Shown: one piece after another, positions 12,467 through 27,809 of the stretch
Position numbering within the stretch: the stretch's first letter is position 1
Layout of the letters: every line of letters begins with the position of its first letter
NCBI RefSeq assembly: GCF_006345805.1
Contig: NC_043003.1
Coordinates: forward strand, 93,434,001-93,498,000
Direction of reading: 5' to 3'
Length of the DNA: 64,000 nucleotides
DNA from: Octopus sinensis
Taxonomy: Eukaryota
Notes under the pieces: generated by a model
Seen by the model: only the letters and a program-made list of their open reading frames with translations
What the model was told of the DNA's origin: nothing
The model's database searches: none
Made by a program: the position numbers and the translations under genes

Positions 12467-12865
12467 GTGGTAAGTAGCTTGCTAACCAACCACATGGTTC
12501 CGGGTTCAATCCCACTGCGTGGCATCTTGGGCAAGTGTCTTCTGCTATAGCCCCGGGCTGACCAATGCCTTGTGAGTGGATTTGGTAGACGGAAACTGAA
12601 AGAAGCCTGTCGTATATATGTATATATATATAAATGTGTGTGTATATATTTGTGTGTGTGTGTTTGTCCCCCTAGCATTGCTTGACAACTGATGCTGGTG
12701 TGTTTACGTCCCCGTCACTTAGCGGTTCGGCAAAAGAGACCGATAGAATAAGTACTGGGCTTACAAAGAATAAGTCCCGGGGTCGATTTGCTCGACTAAA
12801 GGCGGTGCTCCAGCATGGCCGCAGTCAAATGACTGAAACAAGTAAAAGAGTAAAAGAGTAAGAGT
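12467..12865 (+). mobile_element. SINE family A, near full length
   Basis: Matches the other copies over head, body and gtaaaaga tail. Confidence 0.9.
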
Positions 12866-13485
12866 ATGTATTGTCACACACACACACACACGTCTATACT
12901 ATAATGGAGAAAGCTGCTTATTATTTAGTAAGTATGTAACAATTACTAAAAGTACTAAAAGAAAGCGATTATTAAAGGGTTGACTAACTGGAAATATTTT
13001 TATAAATTCATTTTCTAAGAAATTTCCTATAATTCCGATTTCTTAAATTCAATGATTTTTTTAAACTCCAATTTCTCGCAAATTTAAATATTCACTGCGT
13101 CCAATCATCACAAATTTAAATATTCACTGCATTCACTGCGGAGTATTCCATTTTCATTTGCAAGGTCTCTCACTTTTCTTTTTAAGTTTTAATTCGCTGT
13201 CAATATATACGTAATGTAAAAGCATTATTAAATGAAAATTTAAAAAAATACCCGTATAACTTTCGAACGCGGGATAGCTGTGAGAAGAGTCTAGAAAGTT
13301 GGGTGATTAGTATTAAAGACGAGGAGAAAAGAAAACAAAAAGTTACCGACAAATACTCGAAACTTGCAGCTTATTCACAGTTTCCAAACAAATTCAACAG
13401 TTACACACACACACACACACACACACAACACGCACACACCAATACTCACGCACACACATAGATACACACAAATGAAAAGCAATGA

Positions 13486-13545
<60 letters not shown>

Positions 13546-13713
13546 TGTGTGTGCTGTTCACTGACAAAACTTCGTGCTGCATCACTTTCGTGAAGTTTTG
13601 TCGTGGTTTCAAAGCGACGAAAATATTTTGCCACAAATGAAGTCTTAACGTTGAAGTGAAATGGCTTACAAGCATCTTCCACGCTGCAATTGTCTTTCTT
13701 TCAGCACACGATC

Positions 13714-13832
13714 TCAGATCAAGTCACTTGCAATGCAAGTGCATCTCCTTAATTTTTTTAAACCACTGCGGATAAATGCCAGCAATGACCTTTTCAGGCT
13801 CTCCAATATTTTAATTTCTAAGCAGAAACAAT
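13714..13832 (-). other. Candidate exon start, open frame (D)CFCLEIKILESLKRSLLAFIRSGLKKLRRCTCIASDLI*
   Basis: Acceptors tttcag| (13832) and cttag| (13817) are both phase 1 and in the same frame. No donor found. Confidence 0.3.
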
Positions 13833-14271
13833 CTGAAATATTAGAAATCTCCATTACCAGTGGCCTAGCGTGTAACAATTTTGTGAATAAACTATATATT
13901 ATTCATATAAATACAGTGTACATTTAAACACATAAGAGGTAGCTATCATAAGACTACCTGCACGCTAGAGAGGACAGTTAAATTCCAAACCACTATTAGG
14001 GATAAAATTTCGAAATGAATGAAAAATAAAAACATTTACCATCTAACTCCTGGACCAATAGCTTCAACCTTTTTTTTTTAGCAAATAAAATAATTTGCAA
14101 AGCGAAGCTTTCTTCAGCAGGTACACCTTAGATTAAATATATATACTTGAATACTAACTTATCAGATGGTATCCATGAAGATTGCGCGCTAAATTTGAAA
14201 AATTAGAATATATAAGCACGGGGCATATCCTGGATTTCCTCGTGTATATATACTCGTGTATATATACTTTT

Positions 14272-14541
14272 TCTTTTACTTGTTTCAGTCATTTGACTGC
14301 GGCCATGCTGGAGCACTGCCTTTAGTCGAGCAAATTGACCCCAAGACTTATTCTTTGTAAGCCTAGTACTTATTCTACTGGTCTCCCCACCATCGCTTGA
14401 CAACAGATGTTTAGCGCTTCGGCACAACGGTCCGATAGAATAAGTACTAGGCTTACAAAGAATAAGTCCTAGTCTCAATTTCTTCGACTAAAGGCGGTGC
14501 TCCAGTATGGCCGCAGTCAAATGACTGAAACAAATAAAAGA
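14272..14541. repeat. Two SINE-A 3' tails in inverted orientation (about 106-bp arms, 58-nt spacer)
   Basis: 14272-14377 is the approximate reverse complement of 14436-14541. Confidence 0.88.
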
Positions 14542-14693
14542 ATATATATATATATATACGCATATGCATATACATATATACACACACATATATATATATG
14601 TGTATATATGTATATGTATATGCACATATAATATCTCTCTATATATATTTATACATACACACACATACATACATACACACACACACACTCATA

Positions 14694-14772
<79 letters not shown>

Positions 14773-15604
14773 TGTTATTACCTAGCCTCAAGTCGATCTT
14801 GATAATACAGACCTGCAACGAATGGCATTCCAGCCATGACAATCCCATCCTATTTTTTTTAAGTATCGTGTATCTGAATGAATGTCATCCAATGAGTCCA
14901 TTTTAAAAAATTAGATTAGGATGTGAAGTGATGGAAACTTAGCTTCTATTTTTTGTAGGTCGAGCAACTGCAAACAGTTTCCCTGACTACTTCGATTTAC
15001 TCCATCATTCATATATAACAGTTTTGTTGTTTAACCCTCGGTCAGCCTAAATTGGGTAAAGTTATGATCAAAAACATTTGAACTACAATCATTCCGATTT
15101 CAGGAGCTTTGTAGTATTATAAAGCCTAATATCTCCTTCAATTTTTTTAGGACGGTAGAATATGATATGCGGGATATTGGCTGTTATTTCTAGAAGGGTT
15201 GTTAATATGGTTGCTTAGCTCAAAGTCATTCCTGATCGTGGTGACTTATAAGGAAAGACATTCTAATCATGGCCACCCAGTCCGTATGTCACGCATGATG
15301 TATTCCTAATACCATTATACGAATTATCCATTTTTTAACGATAGATTGTGATTTCAGACGCATTTGATTGTTGTTTCTAGCAGTTACTATCACCACAGAG
15401 GGGCTCCCTTCATTAACCCGTCCCTTATTGGTAGATGGGATAGGTTGATGATGAATGGTGGGAGATGAAGGGAAGTGTCAGACTTTACGGCGAGTTATTA
15501 TGGTTGGGTGTGGGTTTTCGGCTGTTTTGGAAGAATTGTTGTGAAAGGCATTTTCAGATGGAGGGAAGAGGGGCTGGAGTGTATTAGTGCCGTGTGTCTT
15601 GAAT

Positions 15605-15838
15605 GAATGTATGTATGTATATATGTACGTACGTATGTATGTATGTATGCATGTATGTATGTATGTATGTATGTATGTATGTATATTTGTATGTATGTAT
15701 GTATGTATGTATGTATGTATGTATGTTGTATGTATGTATGTATGTATGTATGTATGTATGTATGTATGTATGTATGTATGTATGTATGTATGTTTGTATG
15801 TATGTATGTATGTATGTATATATGTATGTATGTATGTA
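15605..15838. repeat. (TATG)n microsatellite
   Basis: Directly visible. Confidence 0.96.
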
Positions 15839-16410
15839 ATTTATCTTTTAGAGATAAATTTTCCCTATATATAGAGGACACACCGAAGCGTTCGAGACGT
15901 TTGAATCTTAGGAAAAATAGGAAAAGTAATGATGAAAAACAAAAGACTGGTTACCAAATCATCGTTAGCATGTCCGGATATTTACATACAGAGAACGAAT
16001 ATTTCTGGTCGGTTCAATTGCAGTAAAGCCCCTTTTGGGGGTTCACAAAGCATATAGTTCTAATATGGGTTTGATATAAACTCATTTAAAAAAGGTTAGA
16101 ATCGATACATACTGAACCATGATGGTATCAAGGAACGGGCAAAAAAAAAAAAAACAGTAGCGGTGGGGGGGACCCTCACATTGCAAAAATTAATGCTCAT
16201 TTTACAGTAATTATTAAAAAAAGCACCTTCAGAATGATCGTTTCAAAAACGCAAAAATGCGACGTTACATTCCAAACTAATATATATATACATCCACCCA
16301 TTCATCCATCCATCCATCCATCCATCCATCCATCCATCCATCCTACCATCTATCCATCCATCCATAAATATATATTTATATACATACATATATATATATA
16401 CATACATACA

Positions 16411-17575
<1,165 letters not shown>

Positions 17576-18029
17576 ACATATGTATGCATTTGTGTGTCTA
17601 TGTTTGTCCCCTCACCATCGCTTGACAACCGATGTTGGTGAATTTACATTCTCGTAATCTAGCGGTTCGGCATAAGAGTCCGATTTAATAAGTACCAGGC
17701 TTACAAAGAGTAAGCCCTGGGATCGATTTGTCCGACTAAAGGCGTGCTGCAGCATGGCCCCAGTCAAATGCCTGAAACAAGTAAAAGAATTAAAGATTAT
17801 GTGTGTATGTATGTATGTATGTATGTATGTATATACATATATATAGATATGATATGATATATGCATATGTGTATATGTGTGTATATGTGTGAATATATAT
17901 ATATGTATATCAGTGTGTGTGTGTATGTATGTGTGTACATATATATATATATATATATATGGATATGTCTCTCTCTTCCTTTGTCTCTCTCTCTCTCTAT
18001 CTACACAAACATACACACATGCACACACA

Positions 18030-18097
<68 letters not shown>

Positions 18098-18110
18098 TAG
18101 ATAGATAGGC

Positions 18111-18187
<77 letters not shown>

Positions 18188-18313
18188 CATAGATAGATAG
18201 ATAGATAGATAGATAGGGAAATATGTATACATATTGGTAAATATATATAAACATATGTATGTATTATATATATACTTATATATATATGTATATATGTATA
18301 ATATAGGGTTATG

Positions 18314-18345
<32 letters not shown>

Positions 18346-18537
18346 AATATGTATATATGTGTGTGTGTGTATGCGCGCACATACATATATTTATATATGT
18401 ATGAATGTACACAGGCGCAAAGACAGAAAGATAAAAATATAAAATATGCATGAATGATAGACGTATATCTGTGTATACGTGTGTGTGTGTGTGTGTGCTT
18501 GTGTGTGCATTTATATATATATATAAACCAAACCTTC

Positions 18538-18586
<49 letters not shown>

Positions 18587-18976
18587 TATGTATATATTTA
18601 TATACATATGTATACATATTTATGAATATATGTATATAGATGCATATATGTTTGCGTGTGGGGTGAATGTGTGTGCGTGCGTGTGTGCTTTAGTGACAGT
18701 GTGCACGTGTGTGCGTGTGTGCTTAAATATGTGTCTAATATATTTTATATAGACATAATATGCTCGTTCATCCATATGCATGTACGTTTGTCACTACGTA
18801 TTTTCGTCTAAGTGGAACAAGAGAGAGAAAGTGAGAGAGAATAGACCATTGCCATACATTACGCATATCTAGATAATATAACGAAATCTAAGTAAATCTT
18901 AGTTGATATGCTGTCGATTCAATTATCTTCCAGCTCTGGAAGTTTTATTTTGGTTGGTCCTTGTATGGCTAATTAC

Positions 18977-19150
18977 CTGTTAACAAGAATGGCAGCTTTT
19001 CCATCTCAATGTTTTTCTGTCTTTGACATTTTGTATCATATTCTTGGCTTTCTGTGTATTTTTTTTTTCTCATCCTTTGTAACTTATGATGTTCGTTGTC
19101 TACATCAATGTCATTAATTTAAGAATGTCAGTAAGGATCAAGCAAATCGC
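18977..19150 (-). other. Candidate 174-nt exon (phase 1-1) of the minus-strand locus
   Basis: Long polypyrimidine tract ending ttcttgcgacag|, donor aacag|gtaatt. The 3' part is open: MRKKKYTESQEYDTKCQRQKNIEMEKLPFLLT. Confidence 0.45.
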
Positions 19151-19311
19151 CTGTCGCAAGAAAACACTTGAAGGAGAAAGGAAAAAAAAAGAAAGGAAAA
19201 ACTAATACGTTCCACCCCACATCAAAAAAAAAAAGAAGTCTTTTACCTCGTTTTACAAGAACGAAAAGGGCACGATTTCAGTTTGTGTAGTAAGCAGACG
19301 TCTATGTTATA

Positions 19312-19327
19312 TCGTCGTCGTCGTCGC

Positions 19328-19389
<62 letters not shown>

Positions 19390-19476
19390 ACGTCATCATC
19401 AATATCATTATCATCATCATCATCATCATCACCACCACCACCACCACCACCACCACCACCACCACCACACCACCAC

Positions 19477-19511
<35 letters not shown>

Positions 19512-19549
19512 CCACCATCACCACCACCACCACCACCACCACCACCACC

Positions 19550-19583
<34 letters not shown>

Positions 19584-19639
19584 TCATCATCACCACCATC
19601 ACCACCACACCACCACCACACCACCACACCACCACCACC

Positions 19640-19684
<45 letters not shown>

Positions 19685-19771
19685 GTCATCATCATCGTCA
19701 TCATCATCATCACCTGTTTTCCATGTTGGAATAGGCTGGACGGTTTGACAAGGGTTTGTAAACCAGAAAAG

Positions 19772-19808
<37 letters not shown>

Positions 19809-19845
19809 CTAAGATTACCGACGCCGCCATCACCATCATTATTAT
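19312..19845. repeat. (CAT)n/(CAC)n compound trinucleotide repeat
   Basis: Directly visible; source of the poly-H/I/T ORFs. Confidence 0.96.
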
Positions 19846-20461
19846 GATGTTTTGATCGGTTTCATGCAAATTTTTGCAGTTCCACAAAGTGTCCTTTGTG
19901 CTTTATGCGTGTGCAGCGCTTTCCTTTATTTCTTTTTAGTTAAGTCACTAGATTTAGTGATGGTAGCTACGTGTGGGACCCTGGTTTCCAGGGGACACAC
20001 TTCTCGATGACTACGAGAAGTAGATATCTTTGATCGTCTCTGTTCGACCAGTGACAGTGATGATCCAGGATAGAAAGATCTAATTAGATCGAAACGGTAT
20101 GCCTGTAGTTCTGCGCATAAAGTAAGTGGTTGTGCGAAGAATAACTCGTTTTTAGATGGTCTGTTCTATGAGATTTATGCACACATACGAGCCTTGTTTG
20201 CTTATATCTTTGCAAATGTTCACAGCAAAAGGCACCAAAACAGGAGAATTCCCACTTCTGAGAAGTAGTGAATGGTAGAGCTACTGAGAAAGAATGCAAA
20301 TTTGAAATATGTTATTGATCATTTCTGGCCAATAACTCAGCTGAATACAGGGTTTTAAATTGTCGCCACGGTGCTAAAAGTGGAGTTTATGGTTGTTGTT
20401 GGAGATATGGACGGGAATGCACAAACCTGTAAGATCCCATGTACGTTAGCCCATGACAACA

Positions 20462-20625
20462 AATGCATTTCTATATTTGAGAGATGAGGAATTATGTACA
20501 TTATTTACATTTGACGGATATTTGTCCTCATCTTGTTTGTTGTTAACACATTTCGACTGATATACTCTCCAGCTTTCATCGGGTGTCTTGGGGAAATTCC
20601 GAAACTGGGTATTTTTCGATGTTGA
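20462..20625 (-). mobile_element. 3' tail of SINE family E carrying a degenerate hammerhead (20545-20587)
   Basis: aacatcgaaaaatacc...cccaagacac-ccgatga-aagctg-gagagtatat-cagtc-gaaa matches the tail at 50660-50738. Confidence 0.7.
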
Positions 20626-20639
20626 TGTTGTTGTTGTTG

Positions 20640-20643
<4 letters not shown>

Positions 20644-20708
<65 letters not shown>

Positions 20709-21830
20709 GTTTGACTTTTGCTTTACACTTGCACAAGCTGGCTCCAAGTCTCACCCAGAGACCTCAAGGGATAGCAAGTTGGAAGTTCGTGTTGGTGCTA
20801 TGCCTAGGGTGCCATATATTTGGTTTTGTGCTTAGTGTTGTACTAGTGAATGCCTAAATAATAATACGAAAATTATGTTTGTTTTAAAACTTGAGATTAC
20901 ATAGAAAGTATTTTGCGTAGGATATGAGCAGTTCCCATGAGCACTATCTTTTGAATTTCTGCCATTTTGGGGTTTCCTGGTACCTGAGTTAGGTAGCAAT
21001 CAGTCCCTTTTGGTATCATTCCCAGGGCACTTATGACAACAGGTATTGTTTTAGTTTTCAGGTTCCACATTTTGCTGATTTCTATTTCCAGATCTTTATA
21101 TTTGCTCAGTTTCTGGTAGGTCTTGACAGATACGTTTATATCAATGAGGAGGCATGTTTTTTTGTCTGAAGTCTTTCAATATGATGTCTGCCCTATTCGC
21201 GTCTATCTTTCTGTCAGTTTGAATGGTGAAGTTCCAGAGGAGTGAGATGTGGTCATTTTCAAGCACTGGAGGTGGATTGTGTTCCCACCAGTTTTTATCA
21301 TGGGGCAAGTCCAGGCTTTTGCAAATTACCCAGTGAATATATTGTGCAGCTCTATCATGCCCGTTGAGATACTCTGTAGGCGCAAGAAGACTGCACTTGG
21401 AGACAACATGATCAATGGTTTCATTTTGTTGTTGACATACAGGACATGTTGGGCTACTGCCGTTCTTTAATATGTTGGCCTTGTAGGTAGGCATTGATCT
21501 TGAGCTGCTATGATAAACCCTCCTGTTTCAGATTTTAAGCCAGAGGCCATTAGCCATTGATGGGTCAGGGCTTTGTCAACATCTGCATTATTCGCTCTCT
21601 TTGGGTGTTTGCCATTGAGAGGTTTTTCTTGCCATTTATCATTCAGAATATCTAAGGCCGCAGTTTTGGCACGGGTTTTCATGCGCTTAGCTTTTTCTGT
21701 GCTTGTTTCTTTTATGTCTAATTCCGAAATTTGTTGTATTCGGATTTACTTAGATATTCCTTTGCCTGTTTTGTTACTGAGTATGATGCTTTCTTGTTTT
21801 CATGTTTTGAGACACGTTTTAACATTTCAG
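20644..21830 (-). mobile_element. Dong/R4-clade non-LTR retrotransposon 3' fragment with (TAA)n tail
   Basis: LKSETGGFIIAAQDQCL, zinc knuckle CPVCQQQNETIDHVVSKC, RLE motif NRADIILKD...KLSKYKDL, ending GTAHILRKILSM*. (TAA)n at 20644-20705. Confidence 0.92.
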
Positions 21831-22519
21831 TCAAATATCCGTCAAATGTAAATCATGTAGATAATGAACAAATACATCAAATACATCGTAGATAGGATAG
21901 ATAACAAACTTAGCTTCGATGAGACTCTAGCCAATTTAGGTTCAATGAACCAACCCTTGCATTATTTAGAAAACTTGTAGTGTGGTGAGTGATGAACGGA
22001 GAGAGACATTACTATGATTGAAGTCAGAGACTTACTTTTTCGACCAAGCCTTCATTAACGGTTGCAACAATAACAACATCAACACTACCATCAAAAACAA
22101 AAATAAAAGCAGCAAAACTAAAATCAGGAAAGAACAATAACGAAAGCATGACTGATATACAGACAAAAATTGACTATTGCATCCCATCCCAGATAATTAA
22201 CCACTGCATGTCGGAATATGTAGTGTTATATTCAATAAACCGATGTTCTCGAATTAACAAATATCAAAATGTTTGTCAAATCTTATGTCACTTTTCTTTT
22301 TACTAAAGTAGCTATTTTTTTATTTTACAAAAGAGAATTCTCACGCAGACCCTTGATTTCTTAGGGATTGTCGGTATACGAAACACATTTTTATTTATCA
22401 AAGTATGTACGCTCTCTTTTCAATCTCCACGCTTTTCACCTCCATGGGAAATTGCAGGTCTGCACATCTCACCAACAACAATTACGCACAGATACATATG
22501 CAGAAACACATATCTGCAG

Positions 22520-22620
22520 ATTCTTTCAATATGAAGACGCACACTCTCAGTTTGGAAATCGATACCATAATCTTGCGATTGTGAGTGCAACGCCCTAACC
22601 ACGAGGCCACTCGCCTTCAC
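22520..22620 (-). mobile_element. tRNA-like SINE head remnant
   Basis: gaaggcgagtggcctcgtggttagggcgttgcactcac...atcgatttcc. A similar head lies at about 36645 (+). Confidence 0.5.
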
Positions 22621-22874
22621 AGTAAGTGGAGTACCCGGCTCACTATTCCCTTTTGTGTTCTTTATCATCAGTGGCTCGCATTTTGTCAGTGTAGCTGCAT
22701 TTATTTGGTACATGATCAAAGATACTAAACAATCAACTCGTATAAGGTCACTTTCTTAGATGGTAAGCAGCGGCAGAACTATAAAAGTAGACGAGTGTTT
22801 CGTTAATTTTTCAGCGGTGAGTTAAAGACCTCTTAGAAGAAGACAAATGAAAAGCAACTACTGTGTACTTTCAG

Positions 22875-23023
22875 GACCTTCTATGCGACTCCAATGTGCT
22901 GCTGAAGCTCTGAATCTACCACGTCTTACAAAAACGTACAATAATTATATAGCAAGAAAGCAAGAAATAACAGACGATTCTTCTTTGAAATCTTATCGTC
23001 TTGAAGAAGAAGGGGCACTATAA
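22875..23023 (+). CDS. Candidate orphan terminal coding exon, unidentified (GPSMRLQCAAEALNLPRLTKTYNNYIARKQEITDDSSLKSYRLEEEGAL*)
   Basis: Acceptor gtgtactttcag|, then 48 open codons of non-repetitive composition. No partner exon established. Confidence 0.3.
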
Positions 23024-23257
23024 TGATTCTGCCAATTCAGTTATATCACGTTAAGTAGTAATAACAATCACACACACACACACACACACGCACGCACACG
23101 CACACACACATACACACACACACACACATACACACACATACACACAGACACACGCACATACACACACTCATTTAGAGAGAGCGAGAGAGTTAGAGAGAAA
23201 GAAAGAAGGAGAGAAAGAGAGAGGGAGAGAGAGCTAGTGAGAGAAAGAGACAGAGAG

Positions 23258-23298
<41 letters not shown>

Positions 23299-24061
23299 GA
23301 GAGAGAGTGAGTGAGAAGAAAACAGAACACAACAAGTGATGTGTCGGAAAGTTGTCAGGGCATTGATATAACAAAGTTGTTGACAACACAGTTGTGACGA
23401 CCCAACTAAGAAGTTCTGATGTGGTTACCCAAATCTGCTAGAAGTAACACTCAAAGCTCCCTCACATCACGCTCTTCCTTTTTAAAAAATAAACGGGAAG
23501 GACACAATCTGTATCTAAAAATACACTGCCCGAAAAACTAGAAAAAAATGACCGTAAGATCACGGCTTAAAATTCTTTTGATAACATTGTCTTAATATAC
23601 ATTTTCCAATATAATGGTTTGACTTTAGTAACTTTAAAAACGATCGTCGTAATGGTGTAATTATCAATTTAAGATGTGATTTTCTCCGTTTTTGTTCATG
23701 CAGGTACACACACGCACACACGCACATTCTCTTTTATTCTTTTCTTTTATGTATATAAAAGAAAAATATAATATTATATATAATGATATATATATATATA
23801 TATATATGATATATAATGATATATATATATATATATATATATAATAAATAAAACATATGCATATATACATTCATATATGTACGTACCTACCTCTACATGT
23901 ATATATACACGCATATATGGGTACAGGACACCAAAAAACCGTCGAACACAATGAGAAACGAAAACATAAACACAAAACCAAGGAACTGGACATTTTTCTT
24001 AAACAACGAAAAAATAGAGTACAGGACAAATAACACAAGGAAAATTCCCCTATATATATAT

Positions 24062-24440
24062 ATTCTTTTATTTGTTTCAGTCATTTGACAGCGGCCGTGC
24101 TGGAGCACCGCCTTTAGTCGAGCAAATCGACCCCAGGACTTATTCTTTGTAAGCCTAGTACTTATTCTATCGGTCTCTTTTGCCGAACCGCTAAGTTACG
24201 GGAACGTTGACAGACCAGCATCGGTTGTCAAGCGATGTTGGGGGGACAAACACAGACGCACATATACATATATACGATGGGCTTCTTTCAGTTTCCGTCT
24301 ACCAAATTCACTCACAAGGCTTTGACTGCGGCCCGAGGCTATAGTAGAAGGCACTTGCCCAAGGTGCCACGTAGTGAGACTGAACCCGGAACCATGTGGT
24401 TGGTAAGCAAGCTACTTACCAGACAGCCACTCCTGCGCCT
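24062..24440 (-). mobile_element. SINE family A, full length
   Basis: Reverse complement of the family consensus. Confidence 0.9.
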
Positions 24441-24868
24441 TTATTTATATTTTTAAAAAAAAAGATATATATATATTTATATATATATGTATATAAAATG
24501 ATACGGGGTTAAAAAACAATATGTAGCTGTCACCTTTCACCAGCCTTGCTGGCAGGTGGCGGAATAATTTATACAACCATTAGGATTTTTGTTTCAACAA
24601 AACTGCCTCAGTGAGTCGAACGGACGAGAAAAATACACCTCATCCGTTTAAACATACACACATACACTCGCGCGCGCATTCGCACACCCACGTGCCCGCG
24701 CAAAAACACACACACACGTACACACACTTACTCGGTCATCGGCCTACACATATGCAAGGAATATTCATCACTCCTTGTGGTATTCCTGTCGCATAACCTT
24801 TATCATTTTGTCACATTCATTCGCTCTTCGTCGCTGGTCTGTGTATTTGTCTACTTGTCCTTCCCTCC

Positions 24869-24911
<43 letters not shown>

Positions 24912-24916
<5 letters not shown>

Positions 24917-25330
24917 ATATATATTATATAAAATCGTTCTGTCTGTCTGTGTGTGTGTCTTCTAGGATCTCGGGCATCCTCCATCCGATCGCGCTCAAAT
25001 TTGATGTGTAGATACCGACGGTATCAGGTCGTGTATAAATCTTGAAAAATTACAAAAATCGATTCCAGATGAGAATGCGATCGATAAAGCCGTGGGAACG
25101 TGCATTTGTACGCGCAAGTACATCAGCTGTTGCGATCGATACTACGCATACGCGAGAAAAATGCACGTTGTTTTTGTACTGCTTAAAGGCACGTTTCTTT
25201 GCTGCCAAGCTTACTGTTTAAACCATGTTTGTGTTCTCCCACTCAACAGCCTTATCATTACTGGTACTTTAAACTCTTCGGTTGCATATTTGTGTGAATA
25301 AAATCGTTTTTCTTTGGAATAGAAAATAAG
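24912..25330 (+). mobile_element. Helitron/DINE-1-like non-autonomous 5' end
   Basis: tatattatataaaa...ctgtctgtctgtgtg...ctcaaatttg layout and short palindrome gataccgacggtatc. No Rep/helicase sequence and no clear 3' CTAG. Confidence 0.4.
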
Positions 25331-25505
25331 TCTATCTTTATTTCTTCTTTTGCTGGTGTCTCAAATTTAGGTTAAATCAGTGTTTCTCAAAGGGGAGACC
25401 TATGGGATGGTTGGATAAGTTGTTTTGAGAAAATTTGGTTTAAATGTTTGACAACTCAGCACCGTCCACTGGACGAGGGGCGTTTTGCTCGTATATATAT
25501 ATATA

Positions 25506-26035
25506 TGGTGGCTGCCCTCTCATTATCGAGTATGGCCATTGCACGAAGCTTAATCAATGTTGTTATCGTGCAATGCCTGTGCAAGTAGATTTTTTTTTAA
25601 AGTGAGGAAAGGCTGTGCACTGAGTCAATCCCACTCACTAAGCAACAGCAGCCTTAATCCGAAAAGAAGAACAAGTCAACATCATCGGTAACCACTGAGC
25701 CGCAGGTTTTATGTCGGAGTTACCTTCTCCTAGAAGGATGCCCTAACAAGGACTAGGAGTCCTTCACTCCCAATGGTTTAACCGCGCGATCGGGTATTCA
25801 GTCCGATTATTTCTATGTCCCCGCGCATGGTACATCCTTAAGGCATTTATTGGATGGCCGTTGACTCTCAAGAGTTCCTCCGCCCTTTGATGGGTTTTGT
25901 TTTTCATCCCGCAGGGTGTCCAATATATACCCTCCTCACCTTGGTGGAGTTGCCGGTTTAGTCGCCGACAACCCGACCATGCAACAGGTTGTACTGGGTT
26001 ACATGTTACCAGTAGCACTCGAAAGTGACCTGACA
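25506..26035 (-). mobile_element. Non-autonomous RTE-derived short element (RTE 5'UTR-like part plus 3' tail); copies at 51802-52370 and 62819-63312
   Basis: Three collinear ~500-570 bp copies. Motif agggcatccttctaggagaaggtaactc resembles RTE 5'UTRs. Ends in (AT)n or (ATGT)n; no ORF. Confidence 0.75.
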
Positions 26036-27084
26036 TAATAATATATATATATATATATATATATAACGGGAAGGCTTACGAAAATAAACAAAAGACGAAG
26101 GCAGGTGGAGTACAAACAAACAAATGTATTAGTATAGCGATCAGGAATAGAAACAGAAAAAGTCTTTTACGTTTCGAGCCTACGCTCTTCGAGAGAAAGA
26201 TACACAGAAAAAAAAACAAGGAGAGAAACAAGGAGAGGAAAAAAGGAGAGAAAAAACAAGGAGAGAAAAAATGCATGTAGGAGCTAACGATCTATCATAT
26301 GTGTGTGTGTGCATACACACACGCATTATGTAATATATATACTATGCATACGTACGCATATACACAGAAAAAGACACCCATTAAACATTCACTCATTTAA
26401 CGTGTATGTTGTGGTTTCAATTATTGAGCTCCCTGGCCTTTTAGGGCTATTAGGGCTCATTTTCTGTTTCATACCTGTTTCATCCTTTCCTGCTTACCAA
26501 CAGGTTATTTGTTTCAATTTTTCAAATGTAATGGGACCTATCTCCGATTTGCTCCAATAAACACATCTATACATTGAAGATGAAAAACGCAAACATACAT
26601 ACATAAATACACACATATACGCATATACGCATATACGTATGTTTGTGTTTATAAATGGTGGTACAAAAGTGGGTATAAAGTTATGTAAAAAGAAAATATG
26701 TATAATACTCATTTATTTTTAAGAAAAAAAATTTAAAGTTACTATAAAAGTATTATTGTAGTTACGATAAATGTATTATGATTAATGACACTGAAAATAT
26801 CAAAAATGAGGCTAATGAATTAAATATAACATAAATGTGATACTTACTGTATGCCTAGTTTTGTACCCCACCCCCTGTATATGTATTCGTGTACACGATG
26901 ATCCTTGCACTGTTTCCGTCAACTGAATTCCATTCACAAAACATTGGTTAACTAGGATCTACAATGGACATCATTTGCTCAATTTGTTACTCTTAAAAGA
27001 AACCGAACCCGGAACCACGTAATTGTGAAATGAATCATTAACTATACAGCTATGCTGATAATATAATTATTATTACTTCGCTTC

Positions 27085-27303
27085 AAGGCCGCGAGTTAGC
27101 AGAATCGTTAGCATGCCAGGCAAAATACTCAGTGGCAATCCATTCGTCTTTACGTTCTAAGTTCAAATTCCGCTGAGGTTGACTTTGCCTTTCAACCATT
27201 CGGGGTCGATAAAATAAGTACCAGTTCAGTACTGGGGTCCGTGTAATCGACTTACCCATTCCCTAAAATTATTGGTCTTGTGTCAAAATTTGAAATCAAT
27301 ATT
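27085..27303 (+). mobile_element. SINE family B
   Basis: Homologous to the 8776 copy. Confidence 0.82.
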
Positions 27304-27725
27304 ACTTCGCTTCTTGGTTTTCAAGATGGTAACTGGAATAGAAAAGCTGTCATCACGTGACACGTATATTGTGTGACATTTTTGAATTCAAGACGTAAGA
27401 AAAGTCGGTCCATTTGATTTAGGTTCAACGTTTGATACTGTGTAAATAGGGAACTGTTTTGGTAAATCACTCTTCTCGGCGTGATCACTCAATCTGTTAG
27501 AAATAGCAATCAAATCTTTAAAACATACTCTACTGTCTTAAAAAAAGTCTTGAAAAAACATAGGTAATGCTATGCGGTTAAGATGTTCATTTTGCAACCA
27601 TTTGGCTTGGAGATCAGTCCCACTGTGTGACACCTTAGGGTAGTGTCTCCGACAATAACCTTGTGAGTGAATTTCGTAGGTGGAAACATTCTGGAAGCCC
27701 ATCGTATCTATGTGGATGTGTGCAG

Positions 27726-27809
<84 letters not shown>

